From the human T2T-CHM13v2.0 reference genome, Homo sapiens: 64,000 bases of DNA. The stretch lies in NCBI RefSeq assembly GCF_009914755.1, contig NC_060931.1. One strand, 5' to 3'. The notes below the pieces were generated by a model, which searched no databases, was not told where the DNA came from, and was given only the letters and a program-made list of their open reading frames with translations. Positions 37,901 to 52,102 of the stretch are shown here, piece after piece (the stretch's first letter is position 1; every line of letters begins with the position of its first letter). The position numbers and the translations under genes were made by a program.

Positions 37901-40900
37901 CGCATTGAGGCCTTCGTTGGAAACGGGATTTCTTCATTTCATGCTAGACAGAAGAATTCTCAGTAACTTCTTTGTGCTGTGTGTATTCAACTCACAGAGT
38001 GGAACGTCCCTTTGCACAGAGCAGATTTGAAACACTCTTTTTGTGGAGTTTGCAAGTGGAGATTTCAAGCGATTTGATGCCAACAGTAGAAAAGGAAATA
38101 TCTTCAAATAAAAACTAGACAGAATCATTCTCAGAAACTACTTTGTGATGTGTGCCTTCAACTCACAGAGTTTAACCTTTCTTTTCTTAGAGCAGTTTAG
38201 AAACACTCTGCTTGTTATGTCTGCAAGTGGATATTTGGACCTCTTTGAGGCCTTCGTTGCAAACGGGGTTTCTTCCTTTCATGCTAGACTAAGAAGAGTT
38301 CTCAGTAACTTTTTTGTGTTGTGTGTATTCAACTCACAGAGTTGAACCTTGCTTTAGAGAGAGCAGATTTGAAACACTCTTGCTGTGGCATTTTCAGGTG
38401 GAGATTTCAAGCGATTTGAGGACAATTGCAGAAAAGGAAATATCTTCGTATAATAACCAGACAGAATCATTCTCAGAAAGTGCTTTGTGATGTGTGCGTT
38501 CAACTCACAGAGTTTAACCTTTCTTTTCATAGAGGAGTTTGGAAACACACTGTTTGTAAAGTCTGCAAGTGGATATATGGACCTGTTTGAGGCCTTCGTT
38601 GGAAACGGGATTTCTTCATTGAATGCTAGACGGAAGAATTCTCAGTAAATTCTTTGTGTTGTGTGCATTCAACTCACAGAGTGGAACGTCCCTTTAGACA
38701 GAGCAGATTTGAAACACTCTTTTTGCGGAATTTGCAAGTGGAGATTTCTAGCCATTTGATGCCAACAGTAGAAAGGGAAATATCTTCAAATAAAAACCAG
38801 ACAGAATCATTCTCAGAAAATTCTTTGTGATGTGTGCGTTCAACTCACATAGTTTAACCTTTCTTTTCATAGAGCAGTTTGGAAACACTCTGTTTGTAAA
38901 GTCTGCAAGTGGATATATGGACCGCATTGAGGCCTTCGTTGGAAACGGGATTTCTTCATTTCATGCTAGACAGAAGAATTCTCAGTAACTTCTTTGTGCT
39001 GTGTGTATTCAACTCACAGAGTGGAACGTCCCTTTGCACAGAGCAGATTTGAAACACTCTTTTTGTGGAATTTGCAAGTGGAGATTTCAAGCGATTTGAT
39101 GCCAACAGTAGAAAAGGAAATATCTTCAAATAAAAACTAGACAGAATCATTCTCAGAAACTACTTTGTGATGTGTGCCTTCAACTCACAGAGTTTAACCT
39201 TTCTTTTCTTAGAGCAGTTTAGAAACACTCTGCTTGTTATGTCTGCAAGTGGATATTTGGACCTCTTTGAGGCCTTCGTTGCAAACGGGGTTTCTTCCTT
39301 TCATGCTAGACTAAGAAGAGTTCTCAGTAACTTTTTTGTGTTGTGTGTATTCAACTCACAGAGTTGAACCTTGCTTTAGAGAGAGCAGATTTGAAACACT
39401 CTTGCTGTGGCATTTTCAGGTGGAGATTTCAAGCGATTTGAGGACAATTGCAGAAAAGGAAATATCTTCGTATAATAACCAGACAGAATCATTCTCAGAA
39501 AGTGCTTTGTGATGTGTGCGTTCAACTCACAGAGTTTAACCTTTCTTTTCATAGAGGAGTTTGGAAACACACTGTTTGTAAAGTCTGCAAGTGGATATAT
39601 GGACCTGTTTGAGGCCTTCGTTGGAAACGGGATTTCTTCATTGAATGCTAGACGGAAGAATTCTCAGTAAATTCTTTGTGTTGTGTGCATTCAACTCACA
39701 GAGTGGAACGTCCCTTTAGACAGAGCAGATTTGAAACACTCTTTTTGCGGAATTTGCAAGTGGAGATTTCTAGCCATTTGATGCCAACAGTAGAAAGGGA
39801 AATATCTTCAAATAAAAACCAGACAGAATCATTCTCAGAAAATTCTTTGTGATGTGTGCGTTCAACTCACATAGTTTAACCTTTCTTTTCATAGAGCAGT
39901 TTGGAAACACTCTGTTTGTAAAGTCTGCAAGTGGATATATGGACCGCATTGAGGCCTTCGTTGGAAACGGGATTTCTTCATTTCATGCTAGACAGAAGAA
40001 TTCTCAGTAACTTCTTTGTGCTGTGTGTATTCAACTCACAGAGTGGAACGTCCCTTTGCACAGAGCAGATTTGAAACACTCTTTTTGTGGAGTTTGCAAG
40101 TGGAGATTTCAAGCGATTTGATGCCAACAGTAGAAAAGGAAATATCTTCAAATAAAAACTAGACAGAATCATTCTCAGAAACTACTTTGTGATGTGTGCC
40201 TTCAACTCACAGAGTTTAACCTTTCTTTTCTTAGAGCAGTTTAGAAACACTCTGCTTGTTATGTCTGCAAGTGGATATTTGGACCTCTTTGAGGCCTTCG
40301 TTGCAAACGGGGTTTCTTCCTTTCATGCTAGACTAAGAAGAGTTCTCAGTAACTTTTTTGTGTTGTGTGTATTCAACTCACAGAGTTGAACCTTGCTTTA
40401 GAGAGAGCAGATTTGAAACACTCTTGCTGTGGCATTTTCAGGTGGAGATTTCAAGCGATTTGAGGACAATTGCAGAAAAGGAAATATCTTCGTATAATAA
40501 CCAGACAGAATCATTCTCAGAAAGTGCTTTGTGATGTGTGCGTTCAACTCACAGAGTTTAACCTTTCTTTTCATAGAGGAGTTTGGAAACACACTGTTTG
40601 TAAAGTCTGCAAGTGGATATATGGACCTGTTTGAGGCCTTCGTTGGAAACGGGATTTTTCATTGAATGCTAGACGGAAGAATTCTCAGTAAATTCTTTGT
40701 GTTGTGTGCATTCAACTCACAGAGTGGAACGTCCCTTTAGACAGAGCAGATTTGAAACACTCTTTTTGCGGAATTTGCAAGTGGAGATTTCTAGCCATTT
40801 GATGCCAACAGTAGAAAGGGAAATATCTTCAAATAAAAACCAGACAGAATCATTCTCAGAAAATTCTTTGTGATGTGTGCGTTCAACTCACATAGTTTAA

Positions 40901-43900
40901 CCTTTCTTTTCATAGAGCAGTTTGGAAACACTCTGTTTGTAAAGTCTGCAAGTGGATATATGGACCGCATTGAGGCCTTCGTTGGAAACGGGATTTCTTC
41001 ATTTCATGCTAGACAGAAGAATTCTCAGTAACTTCTTTGTGCTGTGTGTATTCAACTCACAGAGTGGAACGTCCCTTTGCACAGAGCAGATTTGAAACAC
41101 TCTTTTTGTGGAGTTTGCAAGTGGAGATTTCAAGCGATTTGATGCCAACAGTAGAAAAGGAAATATCTTCAAATAAAAACTAGACAGAATCATTCTCAGA
41201 AACTACTTTGTGATGTGTGCCTTCAACTCACAGAGTTTAACCTTTCTTTTCTTAGAGCAGTTTAGAAACACTCTGCTTGTTATGTCTGCAAGTGGATATT
41301 TGGACCTCTTTGAGGCCTTCGTTGCAAACGGGGTTTCTTCCTTTCATGCTAGACTAAGAAGAGTTCTCAGTAACTTTTTTGTGTTGTGTGTATTCAACTC
41401 ACAGAGTTGAACCTTGCTTTAGAGAGAGCAGATTTGAAACACTCTTGCTGTGGCATTTTCAGGTGGAGATTTCAAGCGATTTGAGGACAATTGCAGAAAA
41501 GGAAATATCTTCGTATAATAACCAGACAGAATCATTCTCAGAAAGTGCTTTGTGATGTGTGCGTTCAACTCACAGAGTTTAACCTTTCTTTTCATAGAGG
41601 AGTTTGGAAACACACTGTTTGTAAAGTCTGCAAGTGGATATATGGACCTGTTTGAGGCCTTCGTTGAAACGGGATTTCTTCATTGAATGCTAGACGGAAG
41701 AATTCTCAGTAAATTCTTTGTGTTGTGTGCATTCAACTCACAGAGTGGAACGTCCCTTTAGACAGAGCAGATTTGAAACACTCTTTTTGCGGAATTTGCA
41801 AGTGGAGATTTCTAGCCATTTGATGCCAACAGTAGAAAGGGAAATATCTTCAAATAAAAACCAGACAGAATCATTCTCAGAAAATTCTTTGTGATGTGTG
41901 CGTTCAACTCACATAGTTTAACCTTTCTTTTCATAGAGCAGTTTGGAAACACTCTGTTTGTAAAGTCTGCAAGTGGATATATGGACCGCATTGAGGCCTT
42001 CGTTGGAAACGGGATTTCTTCATTTCATGCTAGACAGAAGAATTCTCAGTAACTTCTTTGTGCTGTGTGTATTCAACTCACAGAGTGGAACGTCCCTTTA
42101 CACAGAGCAGATTTGAAACACTCTTTTTGTGGAGTTTGCAAGTGGAGATTTCAAGCGATTTGATGCCAACAGTAGAAAAGGAAATATCTTCAAATAAAAA
42201 CTAGACAGAATCATTCTCAGAAACTACTTTGTGATGTGTGCCTTCAACTCACAGAGTTTAACCTTTCTTTTCTTAGAGCAGTTTAGAAACACTCTGCTTG
42301 TTATGACTGCAAGTGGATATTTGGACCTCTTTGAGGCCTTCGTTGCAAACGGGGTTTCTTCCTTTCATGCTAGACTAAGAAGAGTTCTCAGTAACTTTTT
42401 TGTGTTGTGTGTATTCAACTCACAGAGTTGAACCTTGCTTTAGAGAGAGCAGATTTGAAACACTCTTGCTGTGGCATTTTCAGGTGGAGATTTCAAGCGA
42501 TATGAGGACAATTGCAGAAAAGGAAATATCTTCGTATAATAACCAGACAGAATCATTCTCAGAAAGTGCTTTGTGATGTGTGCGTTCAACTCACAGAGTT
42601 TAACCTTTCTTTTCATAGAGGAGTTTGGAAACACACTGTTTGTAAAGTCTGCAAGTGGATATATGGTCCTGTTTGAGGCCTTCGTTGGAAACGGGATTTC
42701 TTCATTGAATGCTAGACGGAAGAATTCTCAGTAAATTCTTTGTGTTGTGTGCATTCAACTCACAGAGTGGAACGTCCCTTTAGACAGAGCAGATTTGAAA
42801 CACTCTTTTTGCGGAATTTGCAAGTGGAGATTTCTAGCCATTTGATGCCAACAGTAGAAAGGGAAATATCTTCAAATAAAAACCAGACAGAATCATTCTC
42901 AGAAAATTCTTTGTGATGTGTGCGTTCAACTCACATAGTTTAACCTTTCTTTTCATAGAGCAGTTTGGAAACACTCTGTTTGTAAAGTCTGCAAGTGGAT
43001 ATATGGACCGCATTGAGGCCTTCGTTGGAAACGGGATTTCTTCATTTCATGCTAGACAGAAGAATTCTCAGTAACTTCTTTGTGCTGTGTGTATTCAACT
43101 CACAGAGTGGAACGTCCCTTTGCACAGAGCAGATTTGAAACACTCTTTTTGTGGAGTTTGCAAGTGGAGATTTCAAGCGATTTGATGCCAACAGTAGAAA
43201 AGGAAATATCTTCAAATAAAAACTAGACAGAATCATTCTCAGAAACTACTTTGTGATGTGTGCCTTCAACTCACAGAGTTTAACCTTTCTTTTCTTAGAG
43301 CAGTTTAGAAACACTCTGCTTGTTATGTCTGCAAGTGGATATTTGGACCTCTTTGAGGCCTTCGTTGCAAACGGGGTTTCTTCCTTTCATGCTAGACTAA
43401 GAAGAGTTCTCAGTAACTTTTTTGTGTTGTGTGTATTCAACTCACAGAGTTGAACCTTGCTTTAGAGAGAGCAGATTTGAAACACTCTTGCTGTGGCATT
43501 TTCAGGTGGAGATTTCAAGCGATTTGAGGACAATTGCAGAAAAGGAAATATCTTCGTATAATAACCAGACAGAATCATTCTCAGAAAGTGCTTTGTGATG
43601 TGTGCGTTCAACTCACAGAGTTTAACCTTTCTTTTCATAGAGGAGTTTGGAAACACACTGTTTGTAAAGTCTGCAAGTGGATATATGGACCTGTTTGAGG
43701 CCTTCGTTGGAAACGGGATTTCTTCATTGAATGCTAGACGGAAGAATTCTCAGTAAATTCTTTGTGTTGTGTGCATTCAACTCACAGAGTGGAACGTCCC
43801 TTTAGACAGAGCAGATTTGAAACACTCTTTTTGCGGAATTTGCAAGTGGAGATTTCTAGCCATTTGATGCCAACAGTAGAAAGGGAAATATCTTCAAATA

Positions 43901-46900
43901 AAAACCAGACAGAATCATTCTCAGAAAATTCTTTGTGATGTGTGCGTTCAACTCACATAGTTTAACCTTTCTTTTCATAGAGCAGTTTGGAAACACTCTG
44001 TTTGTAAAGTCTGCAAGTGGATATATGGACCGCATTGAGGCCTTCGTTGGAAACGGGATTTCTTCATTTCATGCTAGACAGAAGAATTCTCAGTAACTTC
44101 TTTGTGCTGTGTGTATTCAACTCACAGAGTGGAACGTCCCTTTGCACAGAGCAGATTTGAAACACTCTTTTTGTGGAATTTGCAAGTGGAGATTTCAAGC
44201 GATTTGATGCCAACAGTAGAAAAGGAAATATCTTCAAATAAAAACTAGACAGAATCATTCTCAGAAACTACTTTGTGATGTGTGCCTTCAACTCACAGAG
44301 TTTAACCTTTCTTTTCTTAGAGCAGTTTAGAAACACTCTGCTTGTTATGTCTGCAAGTGGATATTTGGACCACTTTGAGGCCTTCGTTGCAAACGGGGTT
44401 TCTTCCTTTCATGCTAGACTAAGAAGAGTTCTCAGTAACTTTTTTGTGTTGTGTGTATTCAACTCACAGAGTTGAACCTTGCTTTAGAGAGAGCAGATTT
44501 GAAACACTCTTGCTGTGGCATTTTCAGGTGGAGATTTCAAGCGATTTGAGGACAATTGCAGAAAAGGAAATATCTTCGTATAATAACCAGACAGAATCAT
44601 TCTCAGAAAGTGCTTTGTGATGTGTGCGTTCAACTCACAGAGTTTAACCTTTCTTTTCATAGAGGAGTTTGGAAACACACTGTTTGTAAAGTCTGCAAGT
44701 GGATATATGGACCTGTTTGAGGCCTTCGTTGGAAACGGGATTTCTTCATTGAATGCTAGACGGAAGAATTCTCAGTAAATTCTTTGTGTTGTGTGCATTC
44801 AACTCACAGAGTGGAACGTCCCTTTAGACAGAGCAGATTTGAAACACTCTTTTTGCGGAATTTGCAAGTGGAGATTTCTAGCCATTTGATGCCAACAGTA
44901 GAAAGGGAAATATCTTCAAATAAAAACCAGACAGAATCATTCTCAGAAAATTCTTTGTGATGTGTGCGTTCAACTCACATAGTTTAACCTTTCTTTTCAT
45001 AGAGCAGTTTGGAAACACTCTGTTTGTAAAGTCTGCAAGTGGATATATGGACCGCATTGAGGCCTTCGTTGGAAACGGGATTTCTTCATTTCATGCTAGA
45101 CAGAAGAATTCTCAGTAACTTCTTTGTGCTGTGTGTATTCAACTCACAGAGTGGAACGTCCCTTTACACAGAGCAGATTTGAAACACTCTTTTTGTGGAG
45201 TTTGCAAGTGGAGATTTCAAGCGATTTGATGCCAACAGTAGAAAAGGAAATATCTTCAAATAAAAACTAGACAGAATCATTCTCAGAAACTACTTTGTGA
45301 TGTGTGCCTTCAACTCACAGAGTTTAACCTTTCTTTTCTTAGAGCAGTTTAGAAACACTCTGCTTGTTATGTCTGCAAGTGGATATTTGGACCTCTTTGA
45401 GGCCTTCGTTGCAAACGGGGTTTCTTCCTTTCATGCTAGACTAAGAAGAGTTCTCAGTAACTTTTTTGTGTTGTGTGTATTCAACTCACAGAGTTGAACC
45501 TTGCTTTAGAGAGAGCAGATTTGAAACACTCTTGCTGTGGCATTTTCAGGTGGAGATTTCAAGCGATTTGAGGACAATTGCAGAAAAGGAAATATCTTCG
45601 TATAATAACCAGACAGAATCATTCTCAGAAAGTGCTTTGTGATGTGTGCGTTCAACTCACAGAGTTTAACCTTTCTTTTCATAGAGGAGTTTGGAAACAC
45701 ACTGTTTGTAAAGTCTGCAAGTGGATATATGGACCTGTTTGAGGCCTTCGTTGGAAACGGGATTTCTTCATTGAATGCTAGACGGAAGAATTCTCAGTAA
45801 ATTCTTTGTGTTGTGTGCATTCAACTCACAGAGTGGAACGTCCCTTTAGACAGAGCAGATTTGAAACACTCTTTTTGCGGAATTTGCAAGTGGAGATTTC
45901 TAGCCATTTGATGCCAACAGTAGAAAGGGAAATATCTTCAAATAAAAACCAGACAGAATCATTCTCAGAAAATTCTTTGTGATGTGTGCGTTCAACTCAC
46001 ATAGTTTAACCTTTCTTTTCATAGAGCAGTTTGGAAACACTCTGTTTGTAAAGTCTGCAAGTGGATATATGGACCGCATTGAGGCCTTCGTTGGAAACGG
46101 GATTTCTTCATTTCATGCTAGACAGAAGAATTCTCAGTAACTTCTTTGTGCTGTGTGTATTCAACTCACAGAGTGGAACGTCCCTTTACACAGAGCAGAT
46201 TTGAAACACTCTTTTTGTGGAGTTTGCAAGTGGAGATTTCAAGCGATTTGATGCCAACAGTAGAAAAGGAAATATCTTCAAATAAAAACTAGACAGAATC
46301 ATTCTCAGAAACTACTTTGTGATGTGTGCCTTCAACTCACAGAGTTTAACCTTTCTTTTCTTAGAGCAGTTTAGAAACACTCTGCTTGTTATGACTGCAA
46401 GTGGATATTTGGACCTCTTTGAGGCCTTCGTTGCAAACGGGGTTTCTTCCTTTCATGCTAGACTAAGAAGAGTTCTCAGTAACTTTTTTGTGTTGTGTGT
46501 ATTCAACTCACAGAGTTGAACCTTGCTTTAGAGAGAGCAGATTTGAAACACTCTTGCTGTGGCATTTTCAGGTGGAGATTTCAAGCGATATGAGGACAAT
46601 TGCAGAAAAGGAAATATCTTCGTATAATAACCAGACAGAATCATTCTCAGAAAGTGCTTTGTGATGTGTGCGTTCAACTCACAGAGTTTAACCTTTCTTT
46701 TCATAGAGGAGTTTGGAAACACACTGTTTGTAAAGTCTGCAAGTGGATATATGGTCCTGTTTGAGGCCTTCGTTGGAAACGGGATTTCTTCATTGAATGC
46801 TAGACGGAAGAATTCTCAGTAAATTCTTTGTGTTGTGTGCATTCAACTCACAGAGTGGAACGTCCCTTTAGACAGAGCAGATTTGAAACACTCTTTTTGC

Positions 46901-49900
46901 GGAATTTGCAAGTGGAGATTTCTAGCCATTTGATGCCAACAGTAGAAAGGGAAATATCTTCAAATAAAAACCAGACAGAATCATTCTCAGAAAATTCTTT
47001 GTGATGTGTGCGTTCAACTCACATAGTTTAACCTTTCTTTTCATAGAGCAGTTTGGAAACACTCTGTTTGTAAAGTCTGCAAGTGGATATATGGACCGCA
47101 TTGAGGCCTTCGTTGGAAACGGGATTTCTTCATTTCATGCTAGACAGAAGAATTCTCAGTAACTTCTTTGTGCTGTGTGTATTCAACTCACAGAGTGGAA
47201 CGTCCCTTTGCACAGAGCAGATTTGAAACACTCTTTTTGTGGAGTTTGCAAGTGGAGATTTCAAGCGATTTGATGCCAACAGTAGAAAAGGAAATATCTT
47301 CAAATAAAAACTAGACAGAATCATTCTCAGAAACTACTTTGTGATGTGTGCCTTCAACTCACAGAGTTTAACCTTTCTTTTCTTAGAGCAGTTTAGAAAC
47401 ACTCTGCTTGTTATGTCTGCAAGTGGATATTTGGACCTCTTTGAGGCCTTCGTTGCAAACGGGGTTTCTTCCTTTCATGCTAGACTAAGAAGAGTTCTCA
47501 GTAACTTTTTTGTGTTGTGTGTATTCAACTCACAGAGTTGAACCTTGCTTTAGAGAGAGCAGATTTGAAACACTCTTGCTGTGGCATTTTCAGGTGGAGA
47601 TTTCAAGCGATTTGAGGACAATTGCAGAAAAGGAAATATCTTCGTATAATAACCAGACAGAATCATTCTCAGAAAGTGCTTTGTGATGTGTGCGTTCAAC
47701 TCACAGAGTTTAACCTTTCTTTTCATAGAGGAGTTTGGAAACACACTGTTTGTAAAGTCTGCAAGTGGATACATGGACCTGTTTGAGGCCTTCGTTGGAA
47801 ACGGGATTTCTTCATTGAATGCTAGACGGAAGAATTCTCAGTAAATTCTTTGTGTTGTGTGCATTCAACTCACAGAGTGGAACGTCCCTTTAGACAGAGC
47901 AGATTTGAAACACTCTTTTTGCGGAATTTGCAAGTGGAGATTTCTAGCCATTTGATGCCAACAGTAGAAAGGGAAATATCTTCAAATAAAAACCAGACAG
48001 AATCATTCTCAGAAAATTCTTTGTGATGTGTGCGTTCAACTCACATAGTTTAACCTTTCTTTTCATAGAGCAGTTTGGAAACACTCTGTTTGTAAAGTCT
48101 GCAAGTGGATATATGGACCGCATTGAGGCCTTCGTTGGAAACGGGATTTCTTCATTTCATGCTAGACAGAAGAATTCTCAGTAACTTCTTTGTGCTGTGT
48201 GTATTCAACTCACAGAGTGGAACGTCCCTTTGCACAGAGCAGATTTGAAACACTCTTTTTGTGGAGTTTGCAAGTGGAGATTTCAAGCGATTTGATGCCA
48301 ACAGTAGAAAAGGAAATATCTTCAAATAAAAACTAGACAGAATCATTCTCAGAAACTACTTTGTGATGTGTGCCTTCAACTCACAGAGTTTAACCTTTCT
48401 TTTCTTAGAGCAGTTTAGAAACACTCTGCTTGTTATGTCTGCAAGTGGATATTTGGACCTCTTTGAGGCCTTCGTTGCAAACGGGGTTTCTTCCTTTCAT
48501 GCTAGACTAAGAAGAGTTCTCAGTAACTTTTTTGTGTTGTGTGTATTCAACTCACAGAGTTGAACCTTGCTTTAGAGAGAGCAGATTTGAAACACTCTTG
48601 CTGTGGCATTTTCAGGTGGAGATTTCAAGCGATTTGAGGACAATTGCAGAAAAGGAAATATCTTCGTATAATAACCAGACAGAATCATTCTCAGAAAGTG
48701 CTTTGTGATGTGTGCGTTCAACTCACAGAGTTTAACCTTTCTTTTCATAGAGGAGTTTGGAAACACACTGTTTGTAAAGTCTGCAAGTGGATATATGGAC
48801 CTGTTTGAGGCCTTCGTTGGAAACGGGATTTCTTCATTGAATGCTAGACGGAAGAATTCTCAGTAAATTCTTTGTGTTGTGTGCATTCAACTCACAGAGT
48901 GGAACGTCCCTTTAGACAGAGCAGATTTGAAACACTCTTTTTGCGGAATTTGCAAGTGGAGATTTCTAGCCATTTGATGCCAACAGTAGAAAGGGAAATA
49001 TCTTCAAATAAAAACCAGACAGAATCATTCTCAGAAAATTCTTTGTGATGTGTGCGTTCAACTCACATAGTTTAACCTTTCTTTTCATAGAGCAGTTTGG
49101 AAACACTCTGTTTGTAAAGTCTGCAAGTGGATATATGGACCGCATTGAGGCCTTCGTTGGAAACGGGATTTCTTCATTTCATGCTAGACAGAAGAATTCT
49201 CAGTAACTTCTTTGTGCTGTGTGTATTCAACTCACAGAGTGGAACGTCCCTTTACACAGAGCAGATTTGAAACACTCTTTTTGTGGAGTTTGCAAGTGGA
49301 GATTTCAAGCGATTTGATGCCAACAGTAGAAAAGGAAATATCTTCAAATAAAAACTAGACAGAATCATTCTCAGAAACTACTTTGTGATGTGTGCCTTCA
49401 ACTCACAGAGTTTAACCTTTCTTTTCTTAGAGCAGTTTAGAAACACTCTGCTTGTTATGTCTGCAAGTGGATATTTGGACCTCTTTGAGGCCTTCGTTGC
49501 AAACGGGGTTTCTTCCTTTCATGCTAGACTAAGAAGAGTTCTCAGTAACTTTTTTGTGTTGTGTGTATTCAACTCACAGAGTTGAACCTTGCTTTAGAGA
49601 GAGCAGATTTGAAACACTCTTGCTGTGGCATTTTCAGGTGGAGATTTCAAGCGATTTGAGGACAATTGCAGAAAAGGAAATATCTTCGTATAATAACCAG
49701 ACAGAATCATTCTCAGAAAGTGCTTTGTGATGTGTGCGTTCAACTCACAGAGTTTAACCTTTCTTTTCATAGAGGAGTTTGGAAACACACTGTTTGTAAA
49801 GTCTGCAAGTGGATATATGGACCTGTTTGAGGCCTTCGTTGGAAACGGGATTTCTTCATTGAATGCTAGACGGAAGAATTCTCAGTAAATTCTTTGTGTT

Positions 49901-50061
49901 GTGTGCATTCAACTCACAGAGTGGAACGTCCCTTTAGACAGAGCAGATTTGAAACACTCTTTTTGCGGAATTTGCAAGTGGAGATTTCTAGCCATTTGAT
50001 GCCAACAGTAGAAAGGGAAATATCTTCAAATAAAACCAGACAGAATCATTCTCAGAAAATT

Positions 50062-50741
50062 CTTTGTGATGTGTGCGTTCAACTCACATAGTTTAACCTT
50101 TCTTTTCATAGAGCAGTTTGGAAACACTCTGTTTGTAAAGTCTGCAAGTGGATATATGGACCGCATTGAGGCCTTCGTTGGAAACGGGATTTCTTCATTT
50201 CATGCTAGACAGAAGAATTCTCAGTAACTTCTTTGTGCTGTGTGTATTCAACTCACAGAGTGGAACGTCCCTTTACACAGAGCAGATTTGAAACACTCTT
50301 TTTGTGGAGTTTGCAAGTGGAGATTTCAAGCGATTTGATGCCAACAGTAGAAAAGGAAATATCTTCAAATAAAAACTAGACAGAATCATTCTCAGAAACT
50401 ACTTTGTGATGTGTGCCTTCAACTCACAGAGTTTAACCTTTCTTTTCATAGAGGAGTTTGGAAACACACTGTTTGTAAAGTCTGCAAGTGGATATATGGA
50501 CCTGTTTGAGGCCTTCGTTGGAAACGGGATTTCTTCATTGAATGCTAGACGGAAGAATTCTCAGTAAATTCTTTGTGTTGTGTGCATTCAACTCACAGAG
50601 TGGAACGTCCCTTTAGACAGAGCAGATTTGAAACACTCTTTTTGCGGAATTTGCAAGTGGAGATTTCTAGCCATTTGATGCCAACAGTAGAAAGGGAAAT
50701 ATCTTCAAATAAAAACCAGACAGAATCATTCTCAGAAAATT
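50062..50741 (+). repeat. 4-mer HOR structural variant (680 bp; 342-bp deletion, B/C hybrid monomer)
   Basis: A B-type start (aaactactttgtgatgtgtgccttc) runs directly into C-type sequence (catagaggagtttggaaacacac). The crossover lies within 50418-50447. Confidence 0.95.
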
Positions 50742-51762
50742 CTTTGTGATGTGTGCGTTCAACTCACATAGTTTAACCTTTCTTTTCATAGAGCAGTTTG
50801 GAAACACTCTGTTTGTAAAGTCTGCAAGTGGATATATGGACCGCATTGAGGCCTTCGTTGGAAACGGGATTTCTTCATTTCATGCTAGACAGAAGAATTC
50901 TCAGTAACTTCTTTGTGCTGTGTGTATTCAACTCACAGAGTGGAACGTCCTTTACACAGAGCAGATTTGAAACACTCTTTTTGTGGAGTTTGCAAGTGGA
51001 GATTTCAAGCGATTTGATGCCAACAGTAGAAAAGGAAATATCTTCAAATAAAAACTAGACAGAATCATTCTCAGAAACTACTTTGTGATGTGTGCCTTCA
51101 ACTCACAGAGTTTAACCTTTCTTTTCTTAGAGCAGTTTAGAAACACTCTGCTTGTTATGTCTGCAAGTGGATAGTTGGACCTCTTTGAGGCCTTCGTTGC
51201 AAACGGGGTTTCTTCCTTTCATGCTAGACTAAGAAGAGTTCTCAGTAACTTTTTTGTGTTGTGTGTATTCAACTCACAGAGTTGAACCTTGCTTTAGAGA
51301 GAGCAGATTTGAAACACTCTTGCTGTGGCATTTTCAGGTGGAGATTTCAAGCGATTTGAGGACAATTGCAGAAAAGGAAATATCTTCGTATAATAACCAG
51401 ACAGAATCATTCTCAGAAAGTGCTTTGTGATGTGTGCGTTCAACTCACAGAGTTTAACCTTTCTTTTCATAGAGGAGTTTGGAAACACACTGTTTGTAAG
51501 GACTGCAAGTGGATATATGGACCTGTTTGAGGCCTTCGTTGGAAACGGGATTTCTTCATTGAATGCTAGACGGAAGAATTCTCAGTAAATTCTTTGTGTT
51601 GTGTGCATTCAACTCACAGAGTGGAACGTCCCTTTAGACACAGCAGATTTGAAACACTCTTTTTGCGGAATTTGCAAGTGGAGATTTCTAGCCATTTGAT
51701 GCCAACAGTAGAAAGGGAAATATCTTCAAATAAAAACCAGACAGAATCATTCTCAGCAAATT

Positions 51763-52102
51763 CTTTGTGATGTGTGCGTTCAACTCACATAGTTTAACCT
51801 TTCTTTTCATAGAGCAGTTTGGAAACACTCTGTTTGTAAAGTCTGCAAGTGGATATATGGACCGCATTGAGGCCTTCGTTGGAAACGGGATTTCTTCATT
51901 TCATGCTAGACAGAAGAATTCTCAGTAACTTCTTTGTGCTGTGTGTATTCAACTCACAGAGTGGAACGTCGCTTTGCACAGAGCAGATTTGAAACACTCT
52001 TTTTGTGGAGTTTGCAAGTGGAGATTTCAAGCGATTTGATGCCAACAGTAGAAAAGGAAATATCTTCAAATAAAAACCAGACAGAATCATTCTCAGAAAA
52101 TT
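51763..52102 (+). repeat. 2-mer HOR structural variant (340 bp; dimer A with a C-type tail followed by another dimer A)
   Basis: A-type gaaaaggaaa (52051-52060) is followed by C-type taaaaaccag..cagaaaattc and then a new dimer A at 52103. Confidence 0.93.

Larger units (their letters stand above)
1..50061 (+). repeat. Domain of 49 consecutive canonical 6-mer HORs
   Basis: The A-B-C dimer order is unbroken. Unit length is 1022 bp except for 1-3 bp deletions. Confidence 0.95.

Noticed and set aside
49894-51058. Two unique plus-strand ORFs (65 and 76 aa)
   Set aside because: They are produced by singleton 1-bp deletions (~50035, ~50950) that shift the frame and may be sequencing errors.
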